A stretch of 32,000 nucleotides of DNA from Victivallaceae bacterium. GTDB taxonomy: Bacteria; Verrucomicrobiota; Lentisphaeria; Victivallales; Victivallaceae. A program made the translations under genes and the position numbers. The notes under the pieces are model-generated. The model was not told the DNA's origin and did no database searches. It saw only the letters and a list, made by a program, of their open reading frames with translations. Location: positions 290,553 through 322,552 of the forward strand of contig JAVBVS010000016.1 of NCBI GenBank assembly GCA_036677805.1, written 5' to 3'. Shown piece by piece: positions 1 through 8,641 of the stretch (positions within the stretch are counted from its first letter, which is position 1; each line of letters opens with the position of its first letter).

Positions 1-441
1 CTGGAATACTTCAGGCTTGATCTCCGCAAAATTGCCCGGCGAAATGCCGATGCGGAAAACCTTCTTCAGATCGGCCTTGCCATTTTCCTGAACCGGATAA
101 TCGACCAGCAGCATGATGTGGTCGCCCTTCCAGAGATTGCTCTGGGAATTCTGCTGGCGAAAGGTATCGTCCGTGACCGTGACGCCAAGATAAAGATAGT
201 TCGGATCATAACCGACGATCGCTTCGGCGGCCAGATCGCCCTCTCCGGAAAGCTTGTCGGCTCCGAAAACCGTCTGCCGCGCGTCAAGGCGGTGGATTTC
301 GGTCAGGCGCAGCAATCGCGAAAGCGACCCGTCGACCGCAGGCGGCGGATCGGCCACCCGTTGAATTTTCAACATCTCTTCCGCCCCGGCGACGCCGGAG
401 ACCAGTACGCCGAACACCCCCAGCCAATGTCTCAGTTTCAT
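1..441 (-). CDS. Secreted CBM9/DOMON-like carbohydrate-binding-domain protein, partial (C-terminus beyond the left edge)
   Basis: Reverse-strand translation from 441: MKLRHWLGVFGVLVSGVAGAEEMLKIQRVADPPPAVDGSLS...AIVGYDPNYLYLGVTVTDDTFRQQNSQSNLWKGDHIMLLVDYPVQENGKADLKKVFRFGISPGNF. Signal peptide followed by a CBM9-like pattern (DGxLxx, YLYLGVTVTDD, GDHIMLLVD). Missing from the ORF track because it runs off the window. Confidence 0.7.
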   Translation of the reverse strand, partial: MKLRHWLGVFGVLVSGVAGAEEMLKIQRVADPPPAVDGSLSRLLRLTEIHRLDARQTVFGADKLSGEGDLAAEAIVGYDPNYLYLGVTVTDDTFRQQNSQSNLWKGDHIMLLVDYPVQENGKADLKKVFRIGISPGNFAEIKPEVFQ

Positions 442-479
442 TGCAGCACTCTTTTCTTATTGGGATTGATTGTTTTCAA

Positions 480-1562
480 TCAGATGGAACACCGGAAATT
501 CTCCACCACCGGCACCGTTTCAACCAGCGGTTCCGGCGAATCCGCCAGCAGTTGCCGAAGCGCCATGCGTCCGGCCATTTCGTAATCGAAGCCGATGGCC
601 GAAAGCGGCAGCGGATTCCGTTCCAGCGCCGGATTATCCTCCAACGCCAGAATTGACACATCCTTCGGTACCGTCAACTGCGCCCGACGCAGCGCCTGAT
701 AGGCGCCGACGGCCTGGACATAGCTTACCGCGAGAATGGCGTCGAAAAAATGGCGGCGGCGGGAGAGAATGGAGATGGCCATTTCATCCATGACCATTTC
801 CTGGTCCCGATTGGTGAACAGTTCGATGTTGGGATTGTATTCGAGGCCGCAGGCGGCCAGTCCCGCGCGATAGCCCCGGCGCCACGGCACATCGTAACGC
901 ACCCCGCTGTGAAGCAGGAGGATATGCCGCCGCCCGGCCGCATAAAGCAGCTTCACACCCTGTGCCACCAGCTCCGTGCGGGCGAGGCGCAGCTTGTGGA
1001 ATCCGGTAATCGAGCGGGCGAATTCCGGCTCCGCTTCATCCTGATTGTCGAGGAAGGAAACCCGGCAGTGTTTCCGCTGGAGCCACGGAAAAATCGGATA
1101 AAACCAGTAGCCCGCGACAATCACCCGGCTGTAGGGCGCCAGATTGTCCAGCACCTCCCGGTCCAGATCATTCTGGGTGTTGGAACGCCCGGTGATCAGC
1201 ATTTCAAGCTTGACTCCGGAATCCCGCGCCTCCTGCAATGCCCCGCCGTAAGCCGTAACCGAAAAAAAAGTCACCGGATAGCGGAAGATCACGGTACTGG
1301 GCAAGGCGAAATAAATCGGCTGCTTTCCGCGTTCGGCCGTATTGAGCCGGGTAAAACTGCCGCTGCCCCGGACCCGCTCAAGCAGTCCCTTATTTTCCAG
1401 ATCGTTGAGCGCCCGGGTGACGGTCATGTAGGAAACGCCAAAACGCTCCGCCAGCGCTCGGGCGGCGGGCACCCGGGTATTGGCCGGCAAAGCGGCGAAC
1501 TCCACCTCCAGAATTTCGCGGATCCGGCGGTGAAGCGGTTGTTCGGCGGCACTCTTCGGCAT
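480..1562 (-). CDS. GntR-type HTH / LacI-type ligand-binding hybrid transcriptional regulator
   Basis: ORF 480..1670; likely start MPKSAAEQPLHRRIREILEVEFAALPANTRVPAARALAERFGVSYMTVTRALNDLENKGLLERVRGSGSF (GntR winged HTH), followed by a LacI/periplasmic-binding-like domain (DILAVSYVQAVGAYQALRRAQLTVPKDVSILALED). Confidence 0.85.
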   Translation of the reverse strand: MPKSAAEQPLHRRIREILEVEFAALPANTRVPAARALAERFGVSYMTVTRALNDLENKGLLERVRGSGSFTRLNTAERGKQPIYFALPSTVIFRYPVTFFSVTAYGGALQEARDSGVKLEMLITGRSNTQNDLDREVLDNLAPYSRVIVAGYWFYPIFPWLQRKHCRVSFLDNQDEAEPEFARSITGFHKLRLARTELVAQGVKLLYAAGRRHILLLHSGVRYDVPWRRGYRAGLAACGLEYNPNIELFTNRDQEMVMDEMAISILSRRRHFFDAILAVSYVQAVGAYQALRRAQLTVPKDVSILALEDNPALERNPLPLSAIGFDYEMAGRMALRQLLADSPEPLVETVPVVENFRCSI

Positions 1563-1923
1563 GGCAAAACTCCGGCTTTCAACAATTGCGTCTGCCATTA
1601 AGTATAATGAAAAAATCCGAAAAAACAATCGGCCGGCCGGCTTTCCGGTCACAAACCGCCGAAAAATCATATATAACTTTCATCCTCAATGCAAAAAGAC
1701 TATACAACTTGATTCTTTCGACTCAAAGTCCATCGTCCCGTCATGGAAATGCCATTAAGGAAACGAGGCCCGCCGGTCGGATATCGATATATTTTCGTTG
1801 CTCCGGCGATGAACTTCCGCAAGGACCAGTCATCCCGCAGGTACAAGAAGAAATAAACCCGACGGAAATTTGCATCGGGACGGTTACGGTGGTATACTAT
1901 GGACTCAGAAAAGGATCAATCCC

Positions 1924-2760
1924 ATGAAAAGAATCGTGACCATTCAGGATATTTCCTGCGTCGGCAAGTGTTCGCTCACCGTGGCGCTGCCGATCATTTC
2001 GGCGATGGGGGTGGAAACCGCCGTGCTGCCGACCGCGGTGCTCTCGACCCACACCATGTTCAAAAACTTCACCTTCCGCGACCTGACCTGCGACATCAAA
2101 CCGATCGCCGCGCACTGGAAGGCGGAAAACATCGGCTTCGACGCCATTTACACCGGATACCTCGGCTCCTTCGAACAGCTGGCGCTGGTGGCGGAATTCA
2201 TCGCCGATTTCAAAACCCCGGACAATCTGGTCTTCATCGACCCGGTCATGGCCGACAACGGCAAACTTTACCCCGGCTTCACCCCGGAATTCGCCCGCGC
2301 CATGGCCGGGCTCTGCGCCCGGGCCGACGTGATCGTACCCAACCTCACCGAAGCGGCCTTCCTGCTCGACCGGCCCTATTGCGCCGGAGGCTATGACGAA
2401 GCTTATATCCGCGAGCTTCTGAAGCGGCTGGCAGATCTGGGAGCGCCTCATGCGGTGCTTACCGGCGTGAGTTTCACGCCGAATCAGGTCGGGGTGATGG
2501 GCTATCATGCCGAAAAGGACGAGTTTTTCAGCTATTTCCACCGCCGCCTCGACGTGTCGTTTCACGGCACCGGCGATATTTTTTCAAGCACCGCGGTGGG
2601 GGCGCTGATGCGGGGGTTGCGGCTGGAAAAAGCGCTCGCGCTGGCGGCCGACTATACCGTCGACTGCATCGAATGCACCATGAATTCCCCCCGTCACGCC
2701 TGGTACGGGGTCGAATTCGAACGTGCGATTCCACGGCTGCTGGAGCGGCTCCATGAGTGA
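1924..2760 (+). CDS. pdxY: Pyridoxal/pyridoxamine kinase
   Basis: MKRIVTIQDISCVGKCSLTVALPIISAMGVETAVLPTAVLSTHTMFKNFTFRDL...DPVMADNGKLYPGF...GTGDIFSS; pyridoxamine kinase signatures of the ribokinase superfamily. Start taken at ATG 1924 inside ORF 1870..2760. Confidence 0.85.
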   Translation: MKRIVTIQDISCVGKCSLTVALPIISAMGVETAVLPTAVLSTHTMFKNFTFRDLTCDIKPIAAHWKAENIGFDAIYTGYLGSFEQLALVAEFIADFKTPDNLVFIDPVMADNGKLYPGFTPEFARAMAGLCARADVIVPNLTEAAFLLDRPYCAGGYDEAYIRELLKRLADLGAPHAVLTGVSFTPNQVGVMGYHAEKDEFFSYFHRRLDVSFHGTGDIFSSTAVGALMRGLRLEKALALAADYTVDCIECTMNSPRHAWYGVEFERAIPRLLERLHE

Positions 2761-3601
2761 CTTGCGCCGGTACCGGGCCCTGATTTTCTGCGACCTCGAC
2801 GATACGCTGATTGCCGGCAGCGCGCCGGTGTCGGCGGCCAACGCGGCGATGATCGTCCGGCTGGCCGATTCCGGCGTCGGCGTGGTCGCCGCCAGCGGCC
2901 GCAACCTGATGCTGCTGGAGCGGGTGCTGCCGCCGGAACTGCCGCTGGCTTTCGCCATCTGCTCCACCGGCGTCGGCATCCTCGACTGGCCGACGCGCCA
3001 TCTGCTCCGCCGCAGCGAGCTCTCCGCGGCAACCGCCGCGGCGGCGGTGCAGAAACTGCGGGCGGCGGGAGCCAATTTCATGGTTCATGCGCCGCTGCCC
3101 GACAACCATCACTGTCATTATTGCGCCGCGCTGCCGGATTCCGGCACGCGGGCGGATTTCTATCGCCGCCTCGGCCGTTTCGCGCAGTCGCCCCGGCTCC
3201 TCCCCGAAGAGTGGGACGGCGCCGGCGGAGCAAGCCAGCTGCTGGCGATTTTCGACTCCGGCGAAGCCCCCGCCGCGGAAGCGCTGGCGGCGGAACTCAG
3301 GCCGGATTATTCGGTCGTCCGGGCGACTTCTCCGATCGACCACGAAAGTTTGTGGCTGGAAATTTTCGCGCCCGGAGTCAACAAAGCTTCCGCCGCGGCC
3401 TGGCTCTGCGACCGCTTCGCCCCCGGCATGCCGAGTTATGCTCTGGGCAACGATTACAACGACCTCGATCTGCTGGCGTGGGCCGACCATCCGCTGGCGG
3501 CGGCCGCCTCGCCGCCGGAACTGAAGCGGCGCTTCGAGGCCTTGAGCAATCCTCCGGAGAGCATCCTCGCCGAAGCCGTCGCGCGCTGGCAGCTGCTCTG
3601 A
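2753..3601 (+). CDS. HAD-superfamily hydrolase (Cof/sucrose-phosphate-phosphatase-like)
   Basis: MSDLRRYRALIFCDLDDTLIAGSAPVSAANAAMIVRLADSG and late motif YALGNDYNDLDLLAWADHPLAAA; HAD motifs I and IV. Start codon overlaps the stop of the upstream kinase gene. Confidence 0.85.
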   Translation: MSDLRRYRALIFCDLDDTLIAGSAPVSAANAAMIVRLADSGVGVVAASGRNLMLLERVLPPELPLAFAICSTGVGILDWPTRHLLRRSELSAATAAAAVQKLRAAGANFMVHAPLPDNHHCHYCAALPDSGTRADFYRRLGRFAQSPRLLPEEWDGAGGASQLLAIFDSGEAPAAEALAAELRPDYSVVRATSPIDHESLWLEIFAPGVNKASAAAWLCDRFAPGMPSYALGNDYNDLDLLAWADHPLAAAASPPELKRRFEALSNPPESILAEAVARWQLL

Positions 3602-3616
3602 ACCGCTTGGCCTGCC

Positions 3617-3658
3617 AAAAAACAGCTCCCGCCGGACCGTTTTATGCGACGGGAGCTG
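3617..3658 (-). terminator. Putative rho-independent terminator for the thiol peroxidase gene
   Basis: Perfect 9-bp inverted repeat CAGCTCCCG (3623-3631) / CGGGAGCTG (3650-3658). On the minus strand it is followed directly by TTTTTTGG. Confidence 0.75.
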
Positions 3659-3680
3659 AAGTTTCGTTCGCTGCTTCGAC

Positions 3681-4193
3681 TCAAGCCTGGGCGAGCGCCT
3701 TCAATGCGGCCTCGTAATCCGGCTCGTCGACGATGTCGTTGGTCGTCCGGGCGTAGGCGATCTTGCCGGCGGCGTCGATGATCACCACGGAGCGGGTCAG
3801 CAGACCGCTCAGGGGCCCGTCGGTCATCAGTACGCCGTAATCCTTGCCGAAGGTGGAGGCATAATGAAAATCGGACAGCGTCAGCACATTTTTGATGCCC
3901 TCGGCGGCGCAGAAACGACTCTGGGCGAAGGGCAGATCCTTGGAAATGCACAGCACCAGCGTGTTTTTCATCTGCGCCGCAAGCTCGTTGAACTTGCGCA
4001 CGGAGAGCGAGCAGACCGGGGTGTCGATGCTCGGGAAAATGTTCAGCAGCAGCTTCTTTTCCTTGCCGTCGCCCAGCGTGAAACGACTCAGGTCGGCCTT
4101 GGTCAGGCTGAAATCCGGAGCTTTTATCCCGGCGGTGACGAATTTTCCGGCGACGTTGACCGGCGTTCCCTTGAATTGCGTTTGATTGGCCAT
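3681..4193 (-). CDS. tpx: Thiol peroxidase (atypical 2-Cys peroxiredoxin)
   Basis: MANQTQFKGTPVNVAGKFVTAGIKAPDFSLTKADLSRFTLGDGKEKKLLLNIFPSIDTPVCSLSVRKFNELAAQMKNTLVLCISKDLPFAQSRFC; Tpx signature with peroxidatic PSIDTPVC. Confidence 0.95.
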   Translation of the reverse strand: MANQTQFKGTPVNVAGKFVTAGIKAPDFSLTKADLSRFTLGDGKEKKLLLNIFPSIDTPVCSLSVRKFNELAAQMKNTLVLCISKDLPFAQSRFCAAEGIKNVLTLSDFHYASTFGKDYGVLMTDGPLSGLLTRSVVIIDAAGKIAYARTTNDIVDEPDYEAALKALAQA

Positions 4194-4452
4194 CTCTGCT
4201 CCTCCTCTTCCGTTAAGCTGCGGTTTTCGGCCCCGTCCAGGACTGGAACGGGCCTCGAACCGAAATTAATGTACCGTCTCCGGCGGCGAAATCAAATCCG
4301 GCGGCGATCAAATCCGTTATTTTTCCCGGAAGCCCCCTTTTTTGTCTGATGCGACCGGCTCCGCCATTGCATTCCATGCGCCGTCATGCTATGTTATCGG
4401 ATGAAACAAGCGCCGGAAAAATGACCGGCGGCGGCAATTTTGGGGAGAGTTT

Positions 4453-5673
4453 TTGGATATGGGTACGGACTTGAATGCGACGCCTTCCGCCAATCGCGTG
4501 CACATCGGATTTTTCGGCCGCAGAAACGCGGGCAAATCGAGCGTGGTCAACGCGGTGACCGGCCAGGACCTGGCCATTGTTTCGGAGGTCAAGGGCACCA
4601 CCACCGACCCGGTTTCAAAGGCCATGGAGCTTTTGCCGCTGGGCCCCGTGGTGATCGTCGACACCCCGGGCATCGACGACGAGGGCGAACTCGGCGCCAA
4701 GCGCATCGCCAAAACCCGGCAGGTGCTGAACCGCATCGATCTTGCCCTGCTGGTGGTCGACGCCACCGTCGGGTTGACCGCCGCGGACCGGGAACTGCTG
4801 GCCGAATTCGACCGCAAAAACATTCCCCGCCTGATCGTATTCAACAAATCCGATCTGCTGCCCGCCGTTCCCGCCCGAACCGAACCCGGCGCGATCTACG
4901 TCAGCGCCACCGCAAAAAGCGGCATCCGCGAGCTGCGCGAAATGATCGGAGAACTCGGCAGGACGGAAGATTCCAAGCTCCGGATTGTCGGCGATCTGGT
5001 CGCGCCGTCGGATTTCGTGGTGCTGGTGGTGCCGATCGACAAAGCCGCGCCGAAAGGGCGGCTGATCCTGCCCCAGCAGCAGACCATCCGCGATATTCTC
5101 GAAGCGGACGCCGCCGCCATCGTAGTCAAGGAGCACGAACTGCGCGACACGCTCGCCGCGCTCGGCAAAAAACCGCGGATGGTGATCACCGACAGTCAGG
5201 TTTTCGCCAAAGTCGCCGCCGACACCCCCGACGATATTCTGCTGACCTCGTTTTCGATTCTGATGGCCCGCTACAAAGGCGTGCTCGCCGCGGCCGTCGA
5301 GGGCGCGGCCGTGCTCGACGATCTCCGCGACGGGGACCGGATTCTGATCGCCGAAGGCTGTACCCATCACCGCCAGTGCGACGACATCGGCACGGTCAAG
5401 CTGCCGCGCTGGATCCGGCAATACGCCGATGCCGACGTGGAGTTTGAGTTTACCGCCGGCAACGATTTCCCCGAAGACCTGTCACCCTACAAACTGGTGA
5501 TCCACTGCGGCGGGTGCATGCTTAACGAGCGCGAAATGCGCTTCCGCCGCCGCCACGCCGACGAACGGCGGGTGCCGATGACCAACTACGGCATCGCCAT
5601 CGCCTTCATGCAGGGCATTCTCAAACGGACGCTCCGGCCCTTCCCCGAACTGCTTTGCCTGCTGGAGGATTGA
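4453..5673 (+). CDS. hydF: [FeFe]-hydrogenase H-cluster maturation GTPase HydF
   Basis: P-loop GRRNAGKSSVVNAVTGQDLAIVSEVKGTTTDPV, DTPGIDDEGELG, and C-terminal cluster motif GCTHHRQCDDIG...HCGGCMLNEREMRFR. The actual start may be MGTDLNA (4459). Confidence 0.93.
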   Translation: MDMGTDLNATPSANRVHIGFFGRRNAGKSSVVNAVTGQDLAIVSEVKGTTTDPVSKAMELLPLGPVVIVDTPGIDDEGELGAKRIAKTRQVLNRIDLALLVVDATVGLTAADRELLAEFDRKNIPRLIVFNKSDLLPAVPARTEPGAIYVSATAKSGIRELREMIGELGRTEDSKLRIVGDLVAPSDFVVLVVPIDKAAPKGRLILPQQQTIRDILEADAAAIVVKEHELRDTLAALGKKPRMVITDSQVFAKVAADTPDDILLTSFSILMARYKGVLAAAVEGAAVLDDLRDGDRILIAEGCTHHRQCDDIGTVKLPRWIRQYADADVEFEFTAGNDFPEDLSPYKLVIHCGGCMLNEREMRFRRRHADERRVPMTNYGIAIAFMQGILKRTLRPFPELLCLLED

Positions 5674-5676
5674 TTC

Positions 5677-7011
5677 ATGAGCGCAAGCCGAACCGAAACG
5701 GATAAACTGGGCGCCGTCGAACTGCCGAAAAATTGCCTCTACGGCATCCAGACCGCGCGCGCCGCGGCCAACTTCGACCTCAACTTCCGCCCGGTCCATC
5801 CCGAATTGATCCGGGCCTTCGCCACTGTCAAAAAAGCGGCCGTGACCGCCTGGGGGCAACTCGAAGCCGATCCGGCGCGAAAACCGGTCTGGGCGGCGGC
5901 GGCCGCCGCCTGCGACCGGATTCTCAATGGCGAAGCGATGGCGTTTTTCCCGGTCGACGCGCTTCAGGGCGGCGCGGGAACCTCGCTGCATATGAATGTC
6001 AACGAAGTGATCGCCAATCTGGCGCTGCAAATCCTCGGCGAAAAGCCGGGCCATTACGGTCTGATCCATCCGCTCGACACCATCAACCGCGGCCAGTCCA
6101 CCAACGATGTCTTTCCGACCGCGCTGCGCATCGCCGCAATCCGCCTGCTCCGCCGGTTGAGCGAGGAGTGCGCCGCGTTGCAGGAACGGCTTCAGGAAAA
6201 GGAAAATGCCTTCGGCCGGATTCCGAAGCTCGGCCGGACCGAATGGATGGACGCGGTGCCGATCACTCTCGGCGAAGAGTTCGGCGCCTTCGCCCAGGCG
6301 GTCGCCCGCGACCGCTGGCGGCTGTACAAGATCGAGGAACGCCTCCGCCAGACCAATCTCGGCGGCACCGCCGTCGGCACCGGGACCAACGCGGATAAAA
6401 AGTATGTTTTCAAAGTCACGGAGCTTTTGCGGGAAGCCACCGGCATCGGCCTTGCCCGGGCGGAATATCCGATGGACCTGACTCAGAACAACGACGTCTT
6501 CGTCGAGGTTTCCGGACTGCTCAAGGCGCTGGCGGTCAATCTGATGAAAATTTCCGGCGACCTCCGCCGGATGAATTCCGGCCCCAAGGGCGGCCTCGGC
6601 GAAATCCGACTGGCCGAGCTTCAGGCGGGCAGTACGATCATGCCCGGCAAAGTCAATCCGGTGATCCCGGAGATGGTCACTCAGGCGGCCATCCGGGCAA
6701 TGGCCAATGATGCGGCAATCGCCACGGCGGCGGCGGCGGGCGAATTCGAGCTCAACGCCTTCCTGCCGCTGATCGCGGATGCGCTGCTGGAAAGCCTGTC
6801 GCTGCTGACCGCCGCGGTCAGAATCTTCCGGGAGCGCTGCATCGCCACGCTGGAGGCCTGCCCCGAACGCTGCCGCGAGCTGCTCGACGGCTCCTACGCC
6901 TTCGCCGCGGAGTTCGTTCCCCGCCTCGGCTACGACCGCGTGGCCGCCATCATCCGGGAAAGTGGCGGCGACGTCGGCGAAGCCCGCCGCAAGCTGGAAA
7001 AGCTGCGCTGA
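5677..7011 (+). CDS. aspA: Aspartate ammonia-lyase / fumarase-superfamily lyase
   Basis: LPKNCLYGIQTARAAANFDLNFRPVHPELIRAFATVKKAAV, TINRGQSTNDVFPTALRIAAI, LGGTAVGTG, signature GSTIMPGKVNPVIPE. Immediately downstream of hydF. Confidence 0.9.
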   Translation: MSASRTETDKLGAVELPKNCLYGIQTARAAANFDLNFRPVHPELIRAFATVKKAAVTAWGQLEADPARKPVWAAAAAACDRILNGEAMAFFPVDALQGGAGTSLHMNVNEVIANLALQILGEKPGHYGLIHPLDTINRGQSTNDVFPTALRIAAIRLLRRLSEECAALQERLQEKENAFGRIPKLGRTEWMDAVPITLGEEFGAFAQAVARDRWRLYKIEERLRQTNLGGTAVGTGTNADKKYVFKVTELLREATGIGLARAEYPMDLTQNNDVFVEVSGLLKALAVNLMKISGDLRRMNSGPKGGLGEIRLAELQAGSTIMPGKVNPVIPEMVTQAAIRAMANDAAIATAAAAGEFELNAFLPLIADALLESLSLLTAAVRIFRERCIATLEACPERCRELLDGSYAFAAEFVPRLGYDRVAAIIRESGGDVGEARRKLEKLR

Positions 7012-7034
7012 ATCGTCCCCATTCCGGCGGCAGG

Positions 7035-7457
7035 TTACTTCAAGTCGAAGTCTTCCGACTTGAAGTTGCTGTAATAACGGCCGCCGGTCGCGGTGAATTT
7101 CAGAACGCAGTAATCCGGGTCGGTGACGCCGCCGGGATAATACATGGTATCTCCGGCGCGCCAGATTCGCTCCTTGCTGGCCTCATCGGTCAGAACTTCG
7201 ATCGTCCCCTTGAGCATCACGCCGCGAAAAAAACGGGTGTCGGCGAAGTAGACGCAGGCTTTGGCATTGGCGCGAAACTGCCTCACCCGGCGCGACGAAG
7301 TGTTGGTGGTGAAATAGAGTACCGCGATGCCATCCCGCTCACGCGGCGCCAGCATCGCCTTGGTATTGGGGAAGCCGGCTTCATCGACCGACGACAAATA
7401 GGCGATTTTCTGGGCATCGATCAGATTGCCAATGGTAGTTGCAACATCTTTCATCAT
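7035..7457 (-). CDS. Pyridoxamine 5'-phosphate oxidase-family (FMN-binding split barrel) protein
   Basis: MMKDVATTIGNLIDAQKIAYLSSVDEAGFPNTKAMLAPRERDGIAVLYFTTNTSSRRVRQFRANAKACVYFADTRFFRGVMLKGTIEVLTDEASKERIWR. Confidence 0.85.
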   Translation of the reverse strand: MMKDVATTIGNLIDAQKIAYLSSVDEAGFPNTKAMLAPRERDGIAVLYFTTNTSSRRVRQFRANAKACVYFADTRFFRGVMLKGTIEVLTDEASKERIWRAGDTMYYPGGVTDPDYCVLKFTATGGRYYSNFKSEDFDLK

Positions 7458-7557
7458 ATTTTCTTCTTTCCCGGTTGCGATTTTTGTGGTTGGCGACTGA
7501 TCCGCCGGAGCGCGCTCCGGTCCCGGGTCTCTTCCCGGCGTTCCACGCGACGATCCT

Positions 7558-8043
7558 TCAGGATAACCGTTTCGTCATCCAGGTGATCTCATCGGCGGTG
7601 TCCTCCGGCGACTGGCAGTCGGCCGCGACAAAACCGTATTTGCGGTAAAAGCCGATGGCGGTCAGGCTGCTCGGCACATGAAGTTCGGAAGCGCCTCTCT
7701 TGCGAGCGAGGGTAATGAGGTGGCTCAACAGCAGCCGGCCATACCCCCGGCCATGCGCTTCCGGCGCGATGAAGAAATTCGACACGCTCCAGCGCGGCAG
7801 GTCCGGCGTCCCGAAATTGGCCAGAGCGCCGGTTCCGACGACGGCCATATCTTCGCTGACGACGAATACCTCTTTCCAATCCAGCTGCTCCTGCAAGGCA
7901 GCCACGGAACAATGCGTCTTGAATTTCTCCCGAATGGCAGGCGAATGTTCCGGCATGGCATGGTCGAAATTATCGGCCATGATCCGCGCCATCGCGGGAA
8001 GATCGACCGCACTCGCCCGACGGATGAGGATGTTGTGTTCCAT
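7558..8043 (-). CDS. GNAT-family N-acetyltransferase
   Basis: NILIRRASAVDLPAMARIMADNF...VSNFFIAPEAHGRGYGRLLLSHLITLARKRGASELHVPSSLTAIGFYRKYGFVA; acetyl-CoA-binding GRGYGRLLL motif. Confidence 0.87.
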   Translation of the reverse strand: MEHNILIRRASAVDLPAMARIMADNFDHAMPEHSPAIREKFKTHCSVAALQEQLDWKEVFVVSEDMAVVGTGALANFGTPDLPRWSVSNFFIAPEAHGRGYGRLLLSHLITLARKRGASELHVPSSLTAIGFYRKYGFVAADCQSPEDTADEITWMTKRLS

Positions 8044-8153
8044 ATTATTTTTCGCCCCGGTTCAATATACTGTTTCCCGAGCCACAAAGCAATCGACGGT
8101 TGCAACTTTTTCCGATCCGTGATACATTATCCGGACCAACGGGAGTTTACGAT

Positions 8154-8641
8154 ATGGCATTTCCGCTCAAGGAGGTCGTCCCATGGGGACGGAGCTTCGA
8201 AGAATACCGGACGATGTTCCGCCTGACCGTTATCTCTGGACCCGGATCAAAAACCTCGCCGAACTCAAAGCGCTGCGGATGGCGGCGATGGCGGAATTCC
8301 TCCGCGACTACGAATCGGGAAAATCGGCTGGACGGTATGTCGAACACGCCCTGCCCGACCCGGTGGCGCTGCCCGATCAAAGTTATGGACTCGGACTGAG
8401 TTCGCATTTCCTGCTGCTGTATGAAAATCTGGGTTATGAATTTCATATCGCCGCGATCGCGGAAATGCTGCGCCGGTGCCGGAAAGTCCGTATTTTCCCG
8501 ATCTGCAATCTGAATTGAGAGGCCACCGCACTGGCGCGCGATGTGGCCGGCTATTTTGCCCGGACGCACACGGTTGCGCTGATCGCAACCGACCACCGCG
8601 TTCAGAAAAGCACCCACGAAATGATGGTCATCACCGGCTGA
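8154..8641 (+). pseudogene. Decayed SAM-dependent methyltransferase (PWGRS.EEY.xMF family) with internal deletion, frameshift and in-frame TGA
   Basis: Frame 0: MAFPLKEVVPWGRSFEEYRTMFRLT. The homologous continuation lies in another frame: DRYLWTRIKNLAELKALRMAAMAEFLRDYESGKSAGRYVEHALPDPVALPDQSYGLGLSSHFLLLYENLGYEFHIAAIAEMLRRCRKVRIFPICNLN*EATALARDVAGYFARTHTVALIATDHRVQKSTHEMMVITG*. The segment that would carry the Gly-rich SAM-binding motif is absent. Confidence 0.7.
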
